From Clostridia bacterium (GTDB taxonomy: Bacteria; Bacillota; Clostridia; Oscillospirales; UBA644), in contig JAGASR010000012.1 of the NCBI GenBank assembly GCA_017621705.1, forward strand, positions 36,127 to 100,126: 64,000 bases of DNA, given 5' to 3'. Positions within the stretch are counted from its first letter, which is position 1, and every line of letters begins with the position of its first letter. A model generated the notes under the pieces. The model was not told where the DNA came from. It saw only the letters and a list, made by a program, of their open reading frames with translations, and made no database searches. Positions 1 to 8,729 of this stretch are shown here, one piece after another. The translations under genes were made by a program, and so were the position numbers.

Positions 1-732
1 GAAGAAAAAACGAAGACAGACATACCGTTAACCGAAGAAGAGATCAAAAGGCGATGCACAGCACTGCCGCAGAAAAAGAGGATACCCGCAAAGCTGAGCG
101 TTACGGAACTCGTAAAAAACAAGCTTGCGGACGAGCAAAGCGAGCAGTTTATCAAAGAAGATATTTTACAGACAGAAACAACTGAGATGCGAAAGCCGAA
201 ATTTATGTCCGAACCCGAGGAACTTTCGGGCGCGCAGGCAGGAACGGCGATGCATACATTCGTTTCGACGGCGGATCTTTCGCTTCCGATCGAAAAAGAG
301 ACCGCAAGGCTCGTTTCGGAAAACGTAATGACGGAAAGCCAGGCGGAAGTCGTTCTCAAAAACAGACGAAAGATCGAAGCTTTCAAAAAAAGCGAGCTTT
401 TCAAGAAGATTTCGGAAGCAAAAAACATCCGAAAAGAAGAATATTTCGTTGCGAGAATACCGTCCGCCGAATTTAACGGAGACGAGAGTGCAGGCGAAGA
501 GATCCTTTTGCAGGGTGCCATCGACCTTTTATGCGAAACGGAAAACGGACTTTTGCTTCTCGACTATAAAACAGACCGTGCGAGCGCCGAAGAGCTGATA
601 AACCGTTACGAAAAACAGCTTGAATATTACGCCTATGCGGCGGAAAAATGCTTCGGAAAGCCCGTTACGGAGATCTGCATCTGGTCATTCTACTTATCAA
701 GAGAAATACGTGTTGAAATAAAAAGGAGATAA
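1..732 (+). CDS. addA: ATP-dependent helicase/nuclease subunit A, C-terminal PD-(D/E)xK nuclease domain (5'-partial)
   Basis: Frame is open from base 1. Motifs KLSVTEL, GTAMHTF and LLQGAIDLL...LLLDYKTDR...YEKQLEYY match the AddA/RecB-family nuclease domain. Confidence 0.85.
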   Translation, partial: EEKTKTDIPLTEEEIKRRCTALPQKKRIPAKLSVTELVKNKLADEQSEQFIKEDILQTETTEMRKPKFMSEPEELSGAQAGTAMHTFVSTADLSLPIEKETARLVSENVMTESQAEVVLKNRRKIEAFKKSELFKKISEAKNIRKEEYFVARIPSAEFNGDESAGEEILLQGAIDLLCETENGLLLLDYKTDRASAEELINRYEKQLEYYAYAAEKCFGKPVTEICIWSFYLSREIRVEIKRR

Positions 733-734
733 AA

Positions 735-1364
735 ATGATAAAACTTGAAAGAACATCTGTCATGAATTTTGACAATGCAATAAGAGGTGCGCGAAACCCG
801 ATGAACAGCTGGGCGCGCAGCGACAGTTACTACGACGAAAAAGGCAATTTCGTGCTCGGCCCTGTCGATCTGGATTTCGCATCGAGACTCGCATCCGCAG
901 GCAGTACGCACAGAAAATTTCTCCGTCAGATTTTTGTAAGCGTTGATATCACCGCACCGCTCTACTGGTGGAAGGAATTTGATACATACAAGGTCGGCAC
1001 CGTTGCAAACTCGACAAGCACGATGCATAAGATCCACTCGAAGCCGTTTTCACGTGACGATTTTTCGCACGACAAGATGACACACGAAACACTTGAAATG
1101 CTCGACGGAATTATCGATCACCTCGAAAAGCTCCGCCTTTTATTCCTCGAAACGAAAGATAAGACTTACTGGTACGATATCATTCAGTTCCTGCCATCGA
1201 GCTACAACCAGATGAGGACCTGCACGATGAATTACGAAAATCTCATCGGCATGTATGCATTAAGAAAGAATCACAAGCTCGACGAATGGCGAGAACTCGC
1301 AAAATGGATCGAAAACCTTCCATATGCCGAGCACATGATAATCGGAAAGATGAAAGAAGAATAA
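735..1364 (+). CDS. Divergent ThyX-like (flavin-dependent thymidylate synthase fold) protein
   Basis: RBS AAGGAG. HRKFLRQIFVSVDITAPLYWWKEFDTYK, LPSSYNQMRT and RKNHKLDEW resemble a ThyX-like family seen in Clostridia and phages; the canonical RHRx7S motif is absent. Confidence 0.65.
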   Translation: MIKLERTSVMNFDNAIRGARNPMNSWARSDSYYDEKGNFVLGPVDLDFASRLASAGSTHRKFLRQIFVSVDITAPLYWWKEFDTYKVGTVANSTSTMHKIHSKPFSRDDFSHDKMTHETLEMLDGIIDHLEKLRLLFLETKDKTYWYDIIQFLPSSYNQMRTCTMNYENLIGMYALRKNHKLDEWRELAKWIENLPYAEHMIIGKMKEE

Positions 1365-1369
1365 AGATC

Positions 1370-1432
1370 ACACCCGAAAATGAACAGGTCCGTTATTTAC
1401 AGACTTATTCAAAATTTCGGGTGTTTTCTTTT
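1370..1432 (+). terminator. Long hairpin / probable intrinsic terminator after the ThyX-like gene
   Basis: ACACCCGAAA (1370-1379) pairs with TTTCGGGTGT (1415-1424), followed by TTTCTTTT. Confidence 0.55.
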
Positions 1433-1456
1433 GAATACGTTTTGACAGGATACGTG

Positions 1457-1485
1457 TTGACAAAATCATATATTTATGATAAAAT
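1457..1485 (+). promoter_or_regulatory. sigma-A promoter TTGACA-N17-TAAAAT with TG extension
   Basis: TTGACA 1457-1462, 17-nt spacer, TAAAAT 1480-1485. Confidence 0.6.
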
Positions 1486-1498
1486 TATGAAATACGGT

Positions 1499-1885
1499 TC
1501 AGTTTCCGTAAAAAGAGTTGCAATAAACGGCAAAAGCTTCCGTTTCGAAAGTTTTCGAAATATTAAGAAGATACTCCGAAAAAGAAGCAAGCAGATAATT
1601 TTCACTTCCGAGAAAAGCGTTAAGAAACGGAAAAAGCGACGATAAAGCATGATCGATCTTTCGGAAACGGACGGACCGTCCTCTCGAAACGAGATACGAA
1701 AAAAATCCGTCTTCGGCTGCCGCAAAAAGTTCGCGGTCACGCCTGCCGTTTACAACCAGTTCGGTCGGATCAAAGCGTATTTTTTCTTTTAAGAGAGCTG
1801 AATATATGCAGAATATCGGCGCAAAATCGCCGAGAAATTCATTTATGAGCGGCTGTGGATCGGTCACGGTCGGACCTCTTTTCAA
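1499..1885 (-). CDS. Hypothetical protein (start uncertain: TTG 1885 or GTG 1867)
   Basis: 128-aa ORF with host-like codon usage fills the intergenic gap. AGAGGT lies 6 nt before the GTG at 1867. Confidence 0.4.
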   Translation of the reverse strand: MKRGPTVTDPQPLINEFLGDFAPIFCIYSALLKEKIRFDPTELVVNGRRDRELFAAAEDGFFSYLVSRGRSVRFRKIDHALSSLFPFLNAFLGSENYLLASFSEYLLNISKTFETEAFAVYCNSFYGN

Positions 1886-1978
1886 AAGTATTCATTAACC
1901 ATATTATTTGCAAAATATTGATTTTGACACATAAAAAAGTGCTTTTTCCATGCCGAAAGAAAGGAAAGATATTTTAAA

Positions 1979-2539
1979 ATGTTCAAAAGTTCTTTTCCTA
2001 CGATCAAAACCGATGAGCTGATCCTGCGCAAAGTAAAGCCCGAAGACATCGTTTTTTTCAACGCTCTGTCAAGTCCCGAGACTTCGAAGTACGAATTCTG
2101 GCAGCCGCACAGAACGTTTGAAGACACCCAGCGTTTTCTGGAAACGATCTTTCAGCGCTATGCCGAGGGTAAGTATTTTGACTGGACGATCGAGCGCAAA
2201 GAAGACGGCGAGCAGGTCGGAATGATAAGTTTTCACGATATTTATCCGCTCCATGCGCGCGCAGACCTCGGATTCTGGATCGTTCGAAGATTCCGAAATA
2301 AAGGTTATGCGACGAAGGCGGCAAAAGCATTGATAGAATACGGTTTTTCGAAGCTCGGGCTTGAACGTATCCAGAGCCTTTGCGCGGTCGAAAACGAGCC
2401 GTCGATACACGTTCTCGAAAAAATCGGCATGAAAAGAGAAGCGCTTCTTGAAAAATACGTCAGACTGAACGTCGATAAAACGAAGCTTTCGGACGTTTAT
2501 ATGTATACAATATTCCCCGAGGTAAAAAATGGAATTTGA
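1979..2539 (+). CDS. GNAT family N-acetyltransferase (RimJ/RimL-like)
   Basis: TDELILRKV, LGFWIVRRFRNKGYATKAA and NEPSIHVLEKIGMKREA. Confidence 0.9.
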   Translation: MFKSSFPTIKTDELILRKVKPEDIVFFNALSSPETSKYEFWQPHRTFEDTQRFLETIFQRYAEGKYFDWTIERKEDGEQVGMISFHDIYPLHARADLGFWIVRRFRNKGYATKAAKALIEYGFSKLGLERIQSLCAVENEPSIHVLEKIGMKREALLEKYVRLNVDKTKLSDVYMYTIFPEVKNGI

Positions 2540-3047
2540 AAAACTTATCTGTGAAAGATACTCTGTCCGTAAATTTTTACCCGAACACATTCCGCAGAAT
2601 ATAATAGAAAAAATTCTCGATGCCGCCCACAAAGCGCCGGCGGGCTGTAACTATCAGCCGCAGAGAATTCTCGTTTTAAACAGCGATGAATCGATAGAAA
2701 AACTGAAAAATTGCACAAGATGCCATTTTAACGCGCCCACCGCAATGCTCGTTTGCAACAATAAAGAAGAGAGCTGGAAAAGACCGTATGACGGTGCGCT
2801 TTCGTCTCCCGTTGATGCGGCGATCGTTGCAACGCATATGATTCTTTCGGCGCACGATAACGGTGTCGGTTGCTGCTGGGTAATGCATTTTAACCCGACG
2901 GTCATGCGCGAAACATTCAATATTCCCGAAAATATCGAGCCGACGGCGCTCCTCGTCATGGGCTACCCCTCCCCCGATGCGAAACCTTTAGACTTGCACT
3001 CGAAATTCAGACCGATGGAGGAAGTCGTTTTTTACGATTCTTTTTAA
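2529..3047 (+). CDS. Nitroreductase family protein
   Basis: ERYSVRKF, AHKAPAGCNYQP and GVGCCWV. Confidence 0.9.
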   Translation: MEFEKLICERYSVRKFLPEHIPQNIIEKILDAAHKAPAGCNYQPQRILVLNSDESIEKLKNCTRCHFNAPTAMLVCNNKEESWKRPYDGALSSPVDAAIVATHMILSAHDNGVGCCWVMHFNPTVMRETFNIPENIEPTALLVMGYPSPDAKPLDLHSKFRPMEEVVFYDSF

Positions 3048-3169
3048 CGGGTGGGGAGAGCAGAAGCGTCAACCGAAAACATTTACTTAAAACTGCCACA
3101 TACACGTCACGCGCGGCACAAAAAAATGAATTATAATGATACCATAAATCTGAAAACGGAGATTTTATT

Positions 3170-4537
3170 ATGGATAACGAAAACCTCAACAATGAAATAA
3201 ATGAAACCGAACAGGTAAATAACGAAGAAGTGACCGTGATCGAAGAAAAAGATCATGTCATCGAAGAAACGGCAGTCAAAGAAGAACCCGTTCAGACCGT
3301 AAAAGAAGAACCTGCGGCAAGGACTTACGAAGAACCTGTCCGCAGAGCATACGAAGAGCCGCAATTTTATTATAACATTCCCGTATACACTCAGGAAGTC
3401 AAAGAAAGCAAGCCGAAAAAGAGCGGCGGAAAATTCTGGATGGCAGCAACCGCAGTCCTCATGGCGATCTGCCTTGTGACCTCTTCTTTCGCTATCGGAA
3501 CTGTCGTCGGCAAAGACGGCAATAAAGATACAGTCGTTAACAGCAAAAAGGAAAACGATACGGAGAACACGCGTCCGACAGAAATTCCGAACACAATGGC
3601 GCAGACTCCCGAATATTCGTATACGCAGAACGTAAACCCCGGTGAGAGAATGGACGTTCCCACTCTTGTTGCAAAAGTCAGCCCAAGCGTTGTTGATATT
3701 CGCACGACTTCCGATGCCGGCGGCTCTCTCGGCACCGGCGTTATCTACACCGAAGACGGATATATTATAACCTGCGCGCACGTTATTGACGATGCGACGA
3801 GCGTTACAGTTTATCTTCATGAAGACGATACCGAATACAGTGCAGAGGTCATCGGTTTTGACACATATTCCGATATCGGCGTTATAAAGATCGATAAAAC
3901 AGGTCTTCCTGCGGCACAGTTCGGCGAATCCCACAAGCTTGTTCCGGGCGAACAGGTCGTAGCGATTGGCACGCCCTACAGTCTCGAACTTACCCACACG
4001 ATCACCGAAGGCCTTGTTTCGGACAGACGTGATAATTACAGCATTCCAGACCTCGGCGTTACTCTCGACCTCATTCAGCATTCCGCGACCATCAACCCCG
4101 GCAACTCGGGTGGTCCGCTTTTTAATATGTACGGTCAGGTAGTCGGCATAAACTCCGTCAAGATCATGACGGGCGGAACTTCAAACTACGAAGATATCGG
4201 CTTTGCGATCCAGATGGAGACAGCGCTCCCGATCGCAGAACAGATCATCATCGAAGGTCAGGTCGTCCGTCCTCAGATCGGCATCAAAGGTGCGACGGAA
4301 TCTACCCTCGGCGGCGTTTACGTCGGTGAGATCGTCAAGGGCGGCGCCGCAGAAAAAGCGGATATCAAAGTCGGCGACCTTATAACGAGAATTGACGGAC
4401 AGAGAGTAAAGAGCGTTGACGAACTTATCACTCTCCTCGGCAAATATAATTTCGGCGACGAGATCGAGGTTACTATTCTGCGCGGAGTTGACGTTGTTAC
4501 GACGACCGTAATTCTGCAGGAACCCGTTGAAGAATAA
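3170..4537 (+). CDS. htrA: HtrA/DegP-family serine protease with TM anchor and PDZ domain
   Basis: TM helix; triad motifs ITCAHV, DIGVIK and INPGNSGGPL; C-terminal PDZ (GGAAEKADIKVGDLITRIDG). Confidence 0.92.
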   Translation: MDNENLNNEINETEQVNNEEVTVIEEKDHVIEETAVKEEPVQTVKEEPAARTYEEPVRRAYEEPQFYYNIPVYTQEVKESKPKKSGGKFWMAATAVLMAICLVTSSFAIGTVVGKDGNKDTVVNSKKENDTENTRPTEIPNTMAQTPEYSYTQNVNPGERMDVPTLVAKVSPSVVDIRTTSDAGGSLGTGVIYTEDGYIITCAHVIDDATSVTVYLHEDDTEYSAEVIGFDTYSDIGVIKIDKTGLPAAQFGESHKLVPGEQVVAIGTPYSLELTHTITEGLVSDRRDNYSIPDLGVTLDLIQHSATINPGNSGGPLFNMYGQVVGINSVKIMTGGTSNYEDIGFAIQMETALPIAEQIIIEGQVVRPQIGIKGATESTLGGVYVGEIVKGGAAEKADIKVGDLITRIDGQRVKSVDELITLLGKYNFGDEIEVTILRGVDVVTTTVILQEPVEE

Positions 4538-4553
4538 GATATTATTAAATATT

Positions 4554-4583
4554 AAAGCTGCAAGACGAATATCTTGCAGCTTT
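4554..4583. terminator. Bidirectional intrinsic terminator
   Basis: AAAGCTGCAAGA-6 nt-TCTTGCAGCTTT between convergent genes. Confidence 0.85.
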
Positions 4584-4586
4584 TAC

Positions 4587-5219
4587 TTATTTATTTTTAC
4601 GGCAAACGAGTGTCCCGACAGCAAGACCGAGAAGTGAAATCACTGCGCCCGCAAGAAAATATTCGGGACGTGGAAGATTGAATTTACTGAAAGCCACCAT
4701 ATTTGCAAGGTTAAAAGTCGCATATTCGGCAAGCATATGAAAAAGTCCGAAGATCGGAGCGGAAAGCCAACGTAATTTTCCGAAAAAGCCGTTTTTCGCG
4801 ATAAGCAGAGAGACCGTAAAAGTCGAAACGGGAAGAAGAAGCCATAAAAACATCAGACTGTATGCCATGCCGTCCGAGCCACTCGTAAAAAACCAGAAAA
4901 CAATGAGCGCAATCGCCCAGATGCCGAGATAGACGGCGATCAGAATTATCTGCGAAAGCTTAATTTTGCTTTTGACGGTATCCGTGCTCTCCGCAAGGTA
5001 GTCGATATAATCGGACTGCGGCGCCTGATCTTTGAGAAGATGATCGAGGCTGACGGAATAAAGATCGCTCATTTTTATAACACTCACGATATCGGGGTAC
5101 GTTTTGCCGTTCTCCCAATTCGACATGGTCTGTCTGCTGACACCGAGCTCTTCCGCGACCTGCTCCTGAGTAAGTCCGGCTAAAACTCTCGCATCCTTGA
5201 GTTTAGTTCCGATATCCAT
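4587..5219 (-). CDS. XRE-family HTH protein with C-terminal membrane helices
   Basis: LTQEQVAEELGVSRQTMSNWENGKTYPD followed by about four hydrophobic helices. Confidence 0.85.
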   Translation of the reverse strand: MDIGTKLKDARVLAGLTQEQVAEELGVSRQTMSNWENGKTYPDIVSVIKMSDLYSVSLDHLLKDQAPQSDYIDYLAESTDTVKSKIKLSQIILIAVYLGIWAIALIVFWFFTSGSDGMAYSLMFLWLLLPVSTFTVSLLIAKNGFFGKLRWLSAPIFGLFHMLAEYATFNLANMVAFSKFNLPRPEYFLAGAVISLLGLAVGTLVCRKNK

Positions 5220-5242
5220 TAAATCACCGCCTTTTTACGTTT

Positions 5243-5271
5243 ATTTTACACCGAAAAGCCAATTCTGTCAA
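5243..5271 (-). promoter_or_regulatory. sigma-A promoter TTGACA-N17-TAAAAT for the XRE gene
   Basis: Reverse-strand consensus. Palindrome TTTTAC-ATCG-GTAAAA just upstream (about 5281-5296) is a candidate operator. Confidence 0.65.
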
Positions 5272-5360
5272 TCAAAAAGATTTTACATCGGTAAAAAATC
5301 ATACGTAAAATCGGTTTGACGTGAAAAGAGAGCGAAAGAAAAAACCCCACAAAAGGAAAA

Positions 5361-5389
5361 TATAACTTGCCGTTAGGCGAATATAACTG
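5361..5389. repeat. Short copy of a dispersed palindromic intergenic repeat
   Basis: Reverse complement of 5369-5389 is CAGTTATATTCGCCTAACGGC, a 20/21 match to 39943-39963. Confidence 0.7.
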
Positions 5390-5390
5390 C

Positions 5391-5414
5391 GGCACCTTCT
5401 GAAAGGAAGGTGCC
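5391..5414 (-). terminator. Hairpin downstream of the GH130 gene
   Basis: GGCACCTTC-6 nt-GAAGGTGCC. Confidence 0.55.
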
Positions 5415-5432
5415 ACATGGACTTTTTTAAGT

Positions 5433-6440
5433 TTATTTAGGTTCGGTGCAAAGAGCGAGGAGATCGTCGAGTTTGGCGGTCGCCATGCAGACGACGGTAT
5501 CGCTTGCGCCGTAATAGATGCGAACTGTGTTATCGTCTTCGAGGATAGCGCCGCACGGGAAGAGGACGTTTGTGCGGTAGCCTTCGACAGTTTCCCAATG
5601 AGACTCGGGAACGATAAGAGGTGCTTTTGACATGCCGATGACTTTGGACGGATCTTCAAGATCGAGAAGCGCAATGCCGATAGTGTAGCGCTTATGCCAT
5701 CTGTCTTCCCAGCCGTTCTTGCCTCTGCTTTCATCAACGTCAACGGCATGGAAAATCATGAGCCAGCCTTTATCGGTTTTAAGAGGAGCGGCGCCGGGTC
5801 CGATCTTATCGTTGGAGAACGGAACGCTTTCAACGCCGAGAACGAGACGGGATTTGCCCCAGAAAACGAGGTCGGGAGATTCGGAAAGCCAGATATCGAA
5901 AGTGTTTCCGCCGCCTCTGGAATAGATGGGCATGGGTCTTTCGAGACGGACATAGTTTCCGTTGATCTTTTCGGGGAAAAGGACCATGTTGCGATTATCG
6001 GGAACGGAAATTGATTTGATATCGAATTTTTTAAGGTCTTTGGAGGTTGCCATGCCGCCGCAAACACCGTGTCTTGTATCGACAGCAAAGCAGATGCAGT
6101 ATTCACCGTCGATCTCGGTAATACGGGGGTCATAAACACGGCAGATCTCATTATCGTTAATTTCGAGGCATGGTTCGGGGGTTACTTCAAAATGAATACC
6201 GTCATCGGAATAAGCAACGCCGAGGTTTGTTCCTTCGAGCTTCTGTTTTTCGTAATCGCCGTAGTCATTACGGAAGATCATGATATATTTGCCGTTTTCT
6301 CTTTTCAGAACACCTGCGTTGAAAGTGAGAGCGGCTTTATAGGGAACGTCTTTATATGTTAAAACAGGTTCGGGATGACGGGTGATGCAATCGGCAGTCT
6401 TAAACATGGATTCATCAAGTTTTTTAACTTCGTTTGCCAT
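5433..6440 (-). CDS. Glycoside hydrolase family 130 protein (beta-mannoside phosphorylase-like)
   Basis: FNAGV, YDPRIT, DNRNMVLFPEKING, KIGPGAAP, IFHAV and NVLFPCGA. Start taken at MANEV (6440) after an AAAGGAG RBS. Confidence 0.9.
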   Translation of the reverse strand: MANEVKKLDESMFKTADCITRHPEPVLTYKDVPYKAALTFNAGVLKRENGKYIMIFRNDYGDYEKQKLEGTNLGVAYSDDGIHFEVTPEPCLEINDNEICRVYDPRITEIDGEYCICFAVDTRHGVCGGMATSKDLKKFDIKSISVPDNRNMVLFPEKINGNYVRLERPMPIYSRGGGNTFDIWLSESPDLVFWGKSRLVLGVESVPFSNDKIGPGAAPLKTDKGWLMIFHAVDVDESRGKNGWEDRWHKRYTIGIALLDLEDPSKVIGMSKAPLIVPESHWETVEGYRTNVLFPCGAILEDDNTVRIYYGASDTVVCMATAKLDDLLALCTEPK

Positions 6441-6619
6441 AGTAAAATCTCCTTTGGAATATTTATCTGTATATAGCTGAATTATAGCACAAAGAGATTG
6501 ACGTGTCAAGAAAGAAAAGCCCACGGAACTCAAGCAACGGTTGAGAAACAAGAGATGCGCTCTATTGAAATAATTCTATAAATATGGTATAATTATATTA
6601 CGATAAAGGAGATGATACT

Positions 6620-7258
6620 ATGAATATCGGTAATAACATTAAGCAATTAAGGCAAAAGAAGAATCTGACCCAGGATCAGGTTGCGGAAAAATTAGGCATT
6701 TCCTATCAGGCAGTTTCGAAATGGGAAAACAATGCAAATACACCGGATATTGCACTACTGCCGCAAATCGCGAATCTGTTCGACGTTTCCATCGATGCAC
6801 TTTTTTCGGAGAATATAACAGAATATTCGGATCTACACAACTATATGAAAGATGATGATGTTATAAGAATTGTTCAAATGAGAGGAACAAAGGTATTAAA
6901 GGTCTCATCAATCATTACGAGAGATGAGCCTCCGATAGAGATAGCATTTCCTCGCAATTGCAACGACAGAACGCAGTATTTCAAGGTAGAAGTTTACGGA
7001 CACGTTATATCCGACAGTTCAATTAACGGAGATGTTGTTTGCCATCAAAATATAGAAACCGCCATGATCAACGGAGACGTAAAGAGCGAAGGAAATATCA
7101 ATGTGAAAGAAATAAATGCACAGAAAATCATTTGTAACAATATAACCGAGTGCTACCAACTTCAGGCACATACAATAGAGTGTGCAGGAACCGTAGCCTC
7201 CGCTAATTTGACATGCAATCAGATAACCTATAAAAATAACACCGCCGAAAGTAACTAA
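6620..7258 (+). CDS. XRE-family regulator fused to a beta-helix-like C-terminal domain
   Basis: N-terminal LTQDQVAEKLGISYQAVSKWENN; C-terminal repeats INGDVVC / INGDVKS / GNINV. Confidence 0.8.
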   Translation: MNIGNNIKQLRQKKNLTQDQVAEKLGISYQAVSKWENNANTPDIALLPQIANLFDVSIDALFSENITEYSDLHNYMKDDDVIRIVQMRGTKVLKVSSIITRDEPPIEIAFPRNCNDRTQYFKVEVYGHVISDSSINGDVVCHQNIETAMINGDVKSEGNINVKEINAQKIICNNITECYQLQAHTIECAGTVASANLTCNQITYKNNTAESN

Positions 7259-7323
7259 ACGTTACTTTCAGCGGTTCTTTGTTTTACAAATCGATCTGAT
7301 TTATCGTATGTATAAAAATCGGT

Positions 7324-8622
7324 TTATTTCTCATTAAGTTTTGCATCAGGGAGTGGATACGGGAAAGCGACCTCTGTATTATCGGAATAGAGCTGAGTGC
7401 TGTAGAGGCTCGTTCTGCCGGAGACAGTCATGCTGACCGCCGCGGTGATGAGATAATACGGAGTATCGGCACCGCCGAAAAGCTCGATACCGATAAGTAT
7501 AGAAGCGATCGGGCAATTCGTAACGCCGCAGAAAGCACCGACCATACCGCAAGCCGCCGCAAGATCGGCAGGCATACCGAGAAGAACAGACATCGCGCAG
7601 CCGAACGCCGCACCGACCGTAAATGAAGGAACGATCTCGCCGCCCTTATAACCTACACCGAGGGTGATCGCCGTAAAAAGGATCTTGAGAAGGAATGTGT
7701 ACCAATCGGTCTCGCCGGTGTGGAAGATATGTTCGATTATTCCCATACCCGAGCCGAGATATTCGCCCGTTCCGATGATTGCGGAAAGAAGAAGGATAAG
7801 ACAGCCGCCTGCGAAAATTCGAAGATACGGATTTTTGATAAGACGTTTGCTCAGTTTCCCCGCACCATGAACGACTTTGCAGAAAAGAACGGCGACAAGT
7901 CCTGTCAAAACCGCAAGAACAGCCGCCTTTAACATCATAACAAGATCGAGACCGGGTTCGGTCTTAACAGGGAAGACTTCGGGGGCGACTTTGAGAAAAC
8001 CTGCAATCAGTTTTGCCGTTACCGCAGAAAAAACGCACGGCATAAGCGCACCGTACGGCATTGTTCCGACGATAAAAAGTTCAAGCGAGAAAGCTGCAGC
8101 CGCCATGGGAGTTCCGAAAAGCGCCGCAAAGCCTGCGGACATACCGCACATTATAAGAACGCGACGATCTTCTTTCTGAAGGCGGAACAGACCCGAAAGG
8201 CTTTCGGCAATACTGCCGCCGAGCTGGACCGCCGCACCCTCTCTGCCCGACGAACCGCCGAAGAGGTGGGTGATTGTCGTATTGATAAAAATAAGGGGAG
8301 CTACTTTGAAAGGGATATCTACATCGGAGTGGACTGCTGAAAGGATACCGTTTGTTCCTTTATCGTTTTCGTGCTTACAAAGCCAGATCAGAAATACGAT
8401 CAGTAAGCCGCCGAGAGGCAGGCCGAAAGTTATTATAGGATAGTCGGCTCTCAGGTTATTGACGAACGTCAGCACATGACCGAACAGCGAGCCGAAAAGA
8501 CCGACGACGATACCCGTGATTACCGAAAGAATTACCCATTTGATAAACGAGCGGCCGCCGAAGAAAGCGTCATTTCCGCTGCTTTTGATTTTTTCTTTTA
8601 TATTTTCGATTATTTTATTCAT
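7324..8622 (-). CDS. ClC (EriC) family chloride channel/antiporter
   Basis: GREGAAVQLG, FGTPMAAAAFSLE and GYKGGEIVPSF; about 11 hydrophobic segments. Confidence 0.9.
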   Translation of the reverse strand: MNKIIENIKEKIKSSGNDAFFGGRSFIKWVILSVITGIVVGLFGSLFGHVLTFVNNLRADYPIITFGLPLGGLLIVFLIWLCKHENDKGTNGILSAVHSDVDIPFKVAPLIFINTTITHLFGGSSGREGAAVQLGGSIAESLSGLFRLQKEDRRVLIMCGMSAGFAALFGTPMAAAAFSLELFIVGTMPYGALMPCVFSAVTAKLIAGFLKVAPEVFPVKTEPGLDLVMMLKAAVLAVLTGLVAVLFCKVVHGAGKLSKRLIKNPYLRIFAGGCLILLLSAIIGTGEYLGSGMGIIEHIFHTGETDWYTFLLKILFTAITLGVGYKGGEIVPSFTVGAAFGCAMSVLLGMPADLAAACGMVGAFCGVTNCPIASILIGIELFGGADTPYYLITAAVSMTVSGRTSLYSTQLYSDNTEVAFPYPLPDAKLNEK

Positions 8623-8671
8623 GTTTTACATCTTCTCTTTATATTTTCTCTAACCCCAAAACACAAAAGCA

Positions 8672-8699
8672 CGGCTTTTGCCGGTTTTGACAAAAGCCG
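8672..8699 (-). terminator. Hairpin terminator after pyrF
   Basis: CGGCTTTTG...CAAAAGCCG with a T-rich tail on the minus strand. Confidence 0.6.
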
Positions 8700-8729
8700 C
8701 TTACTTTTGGATTTTTGTATTTTTATCAG

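Noticed and set aside
1490-1900. RNase P RNA or tmRNA behind the 1457 promoter
   Set aside because: Neither GAGGAAAGTCC-type RNase P nor tRNA-like tmRNA ends are present.
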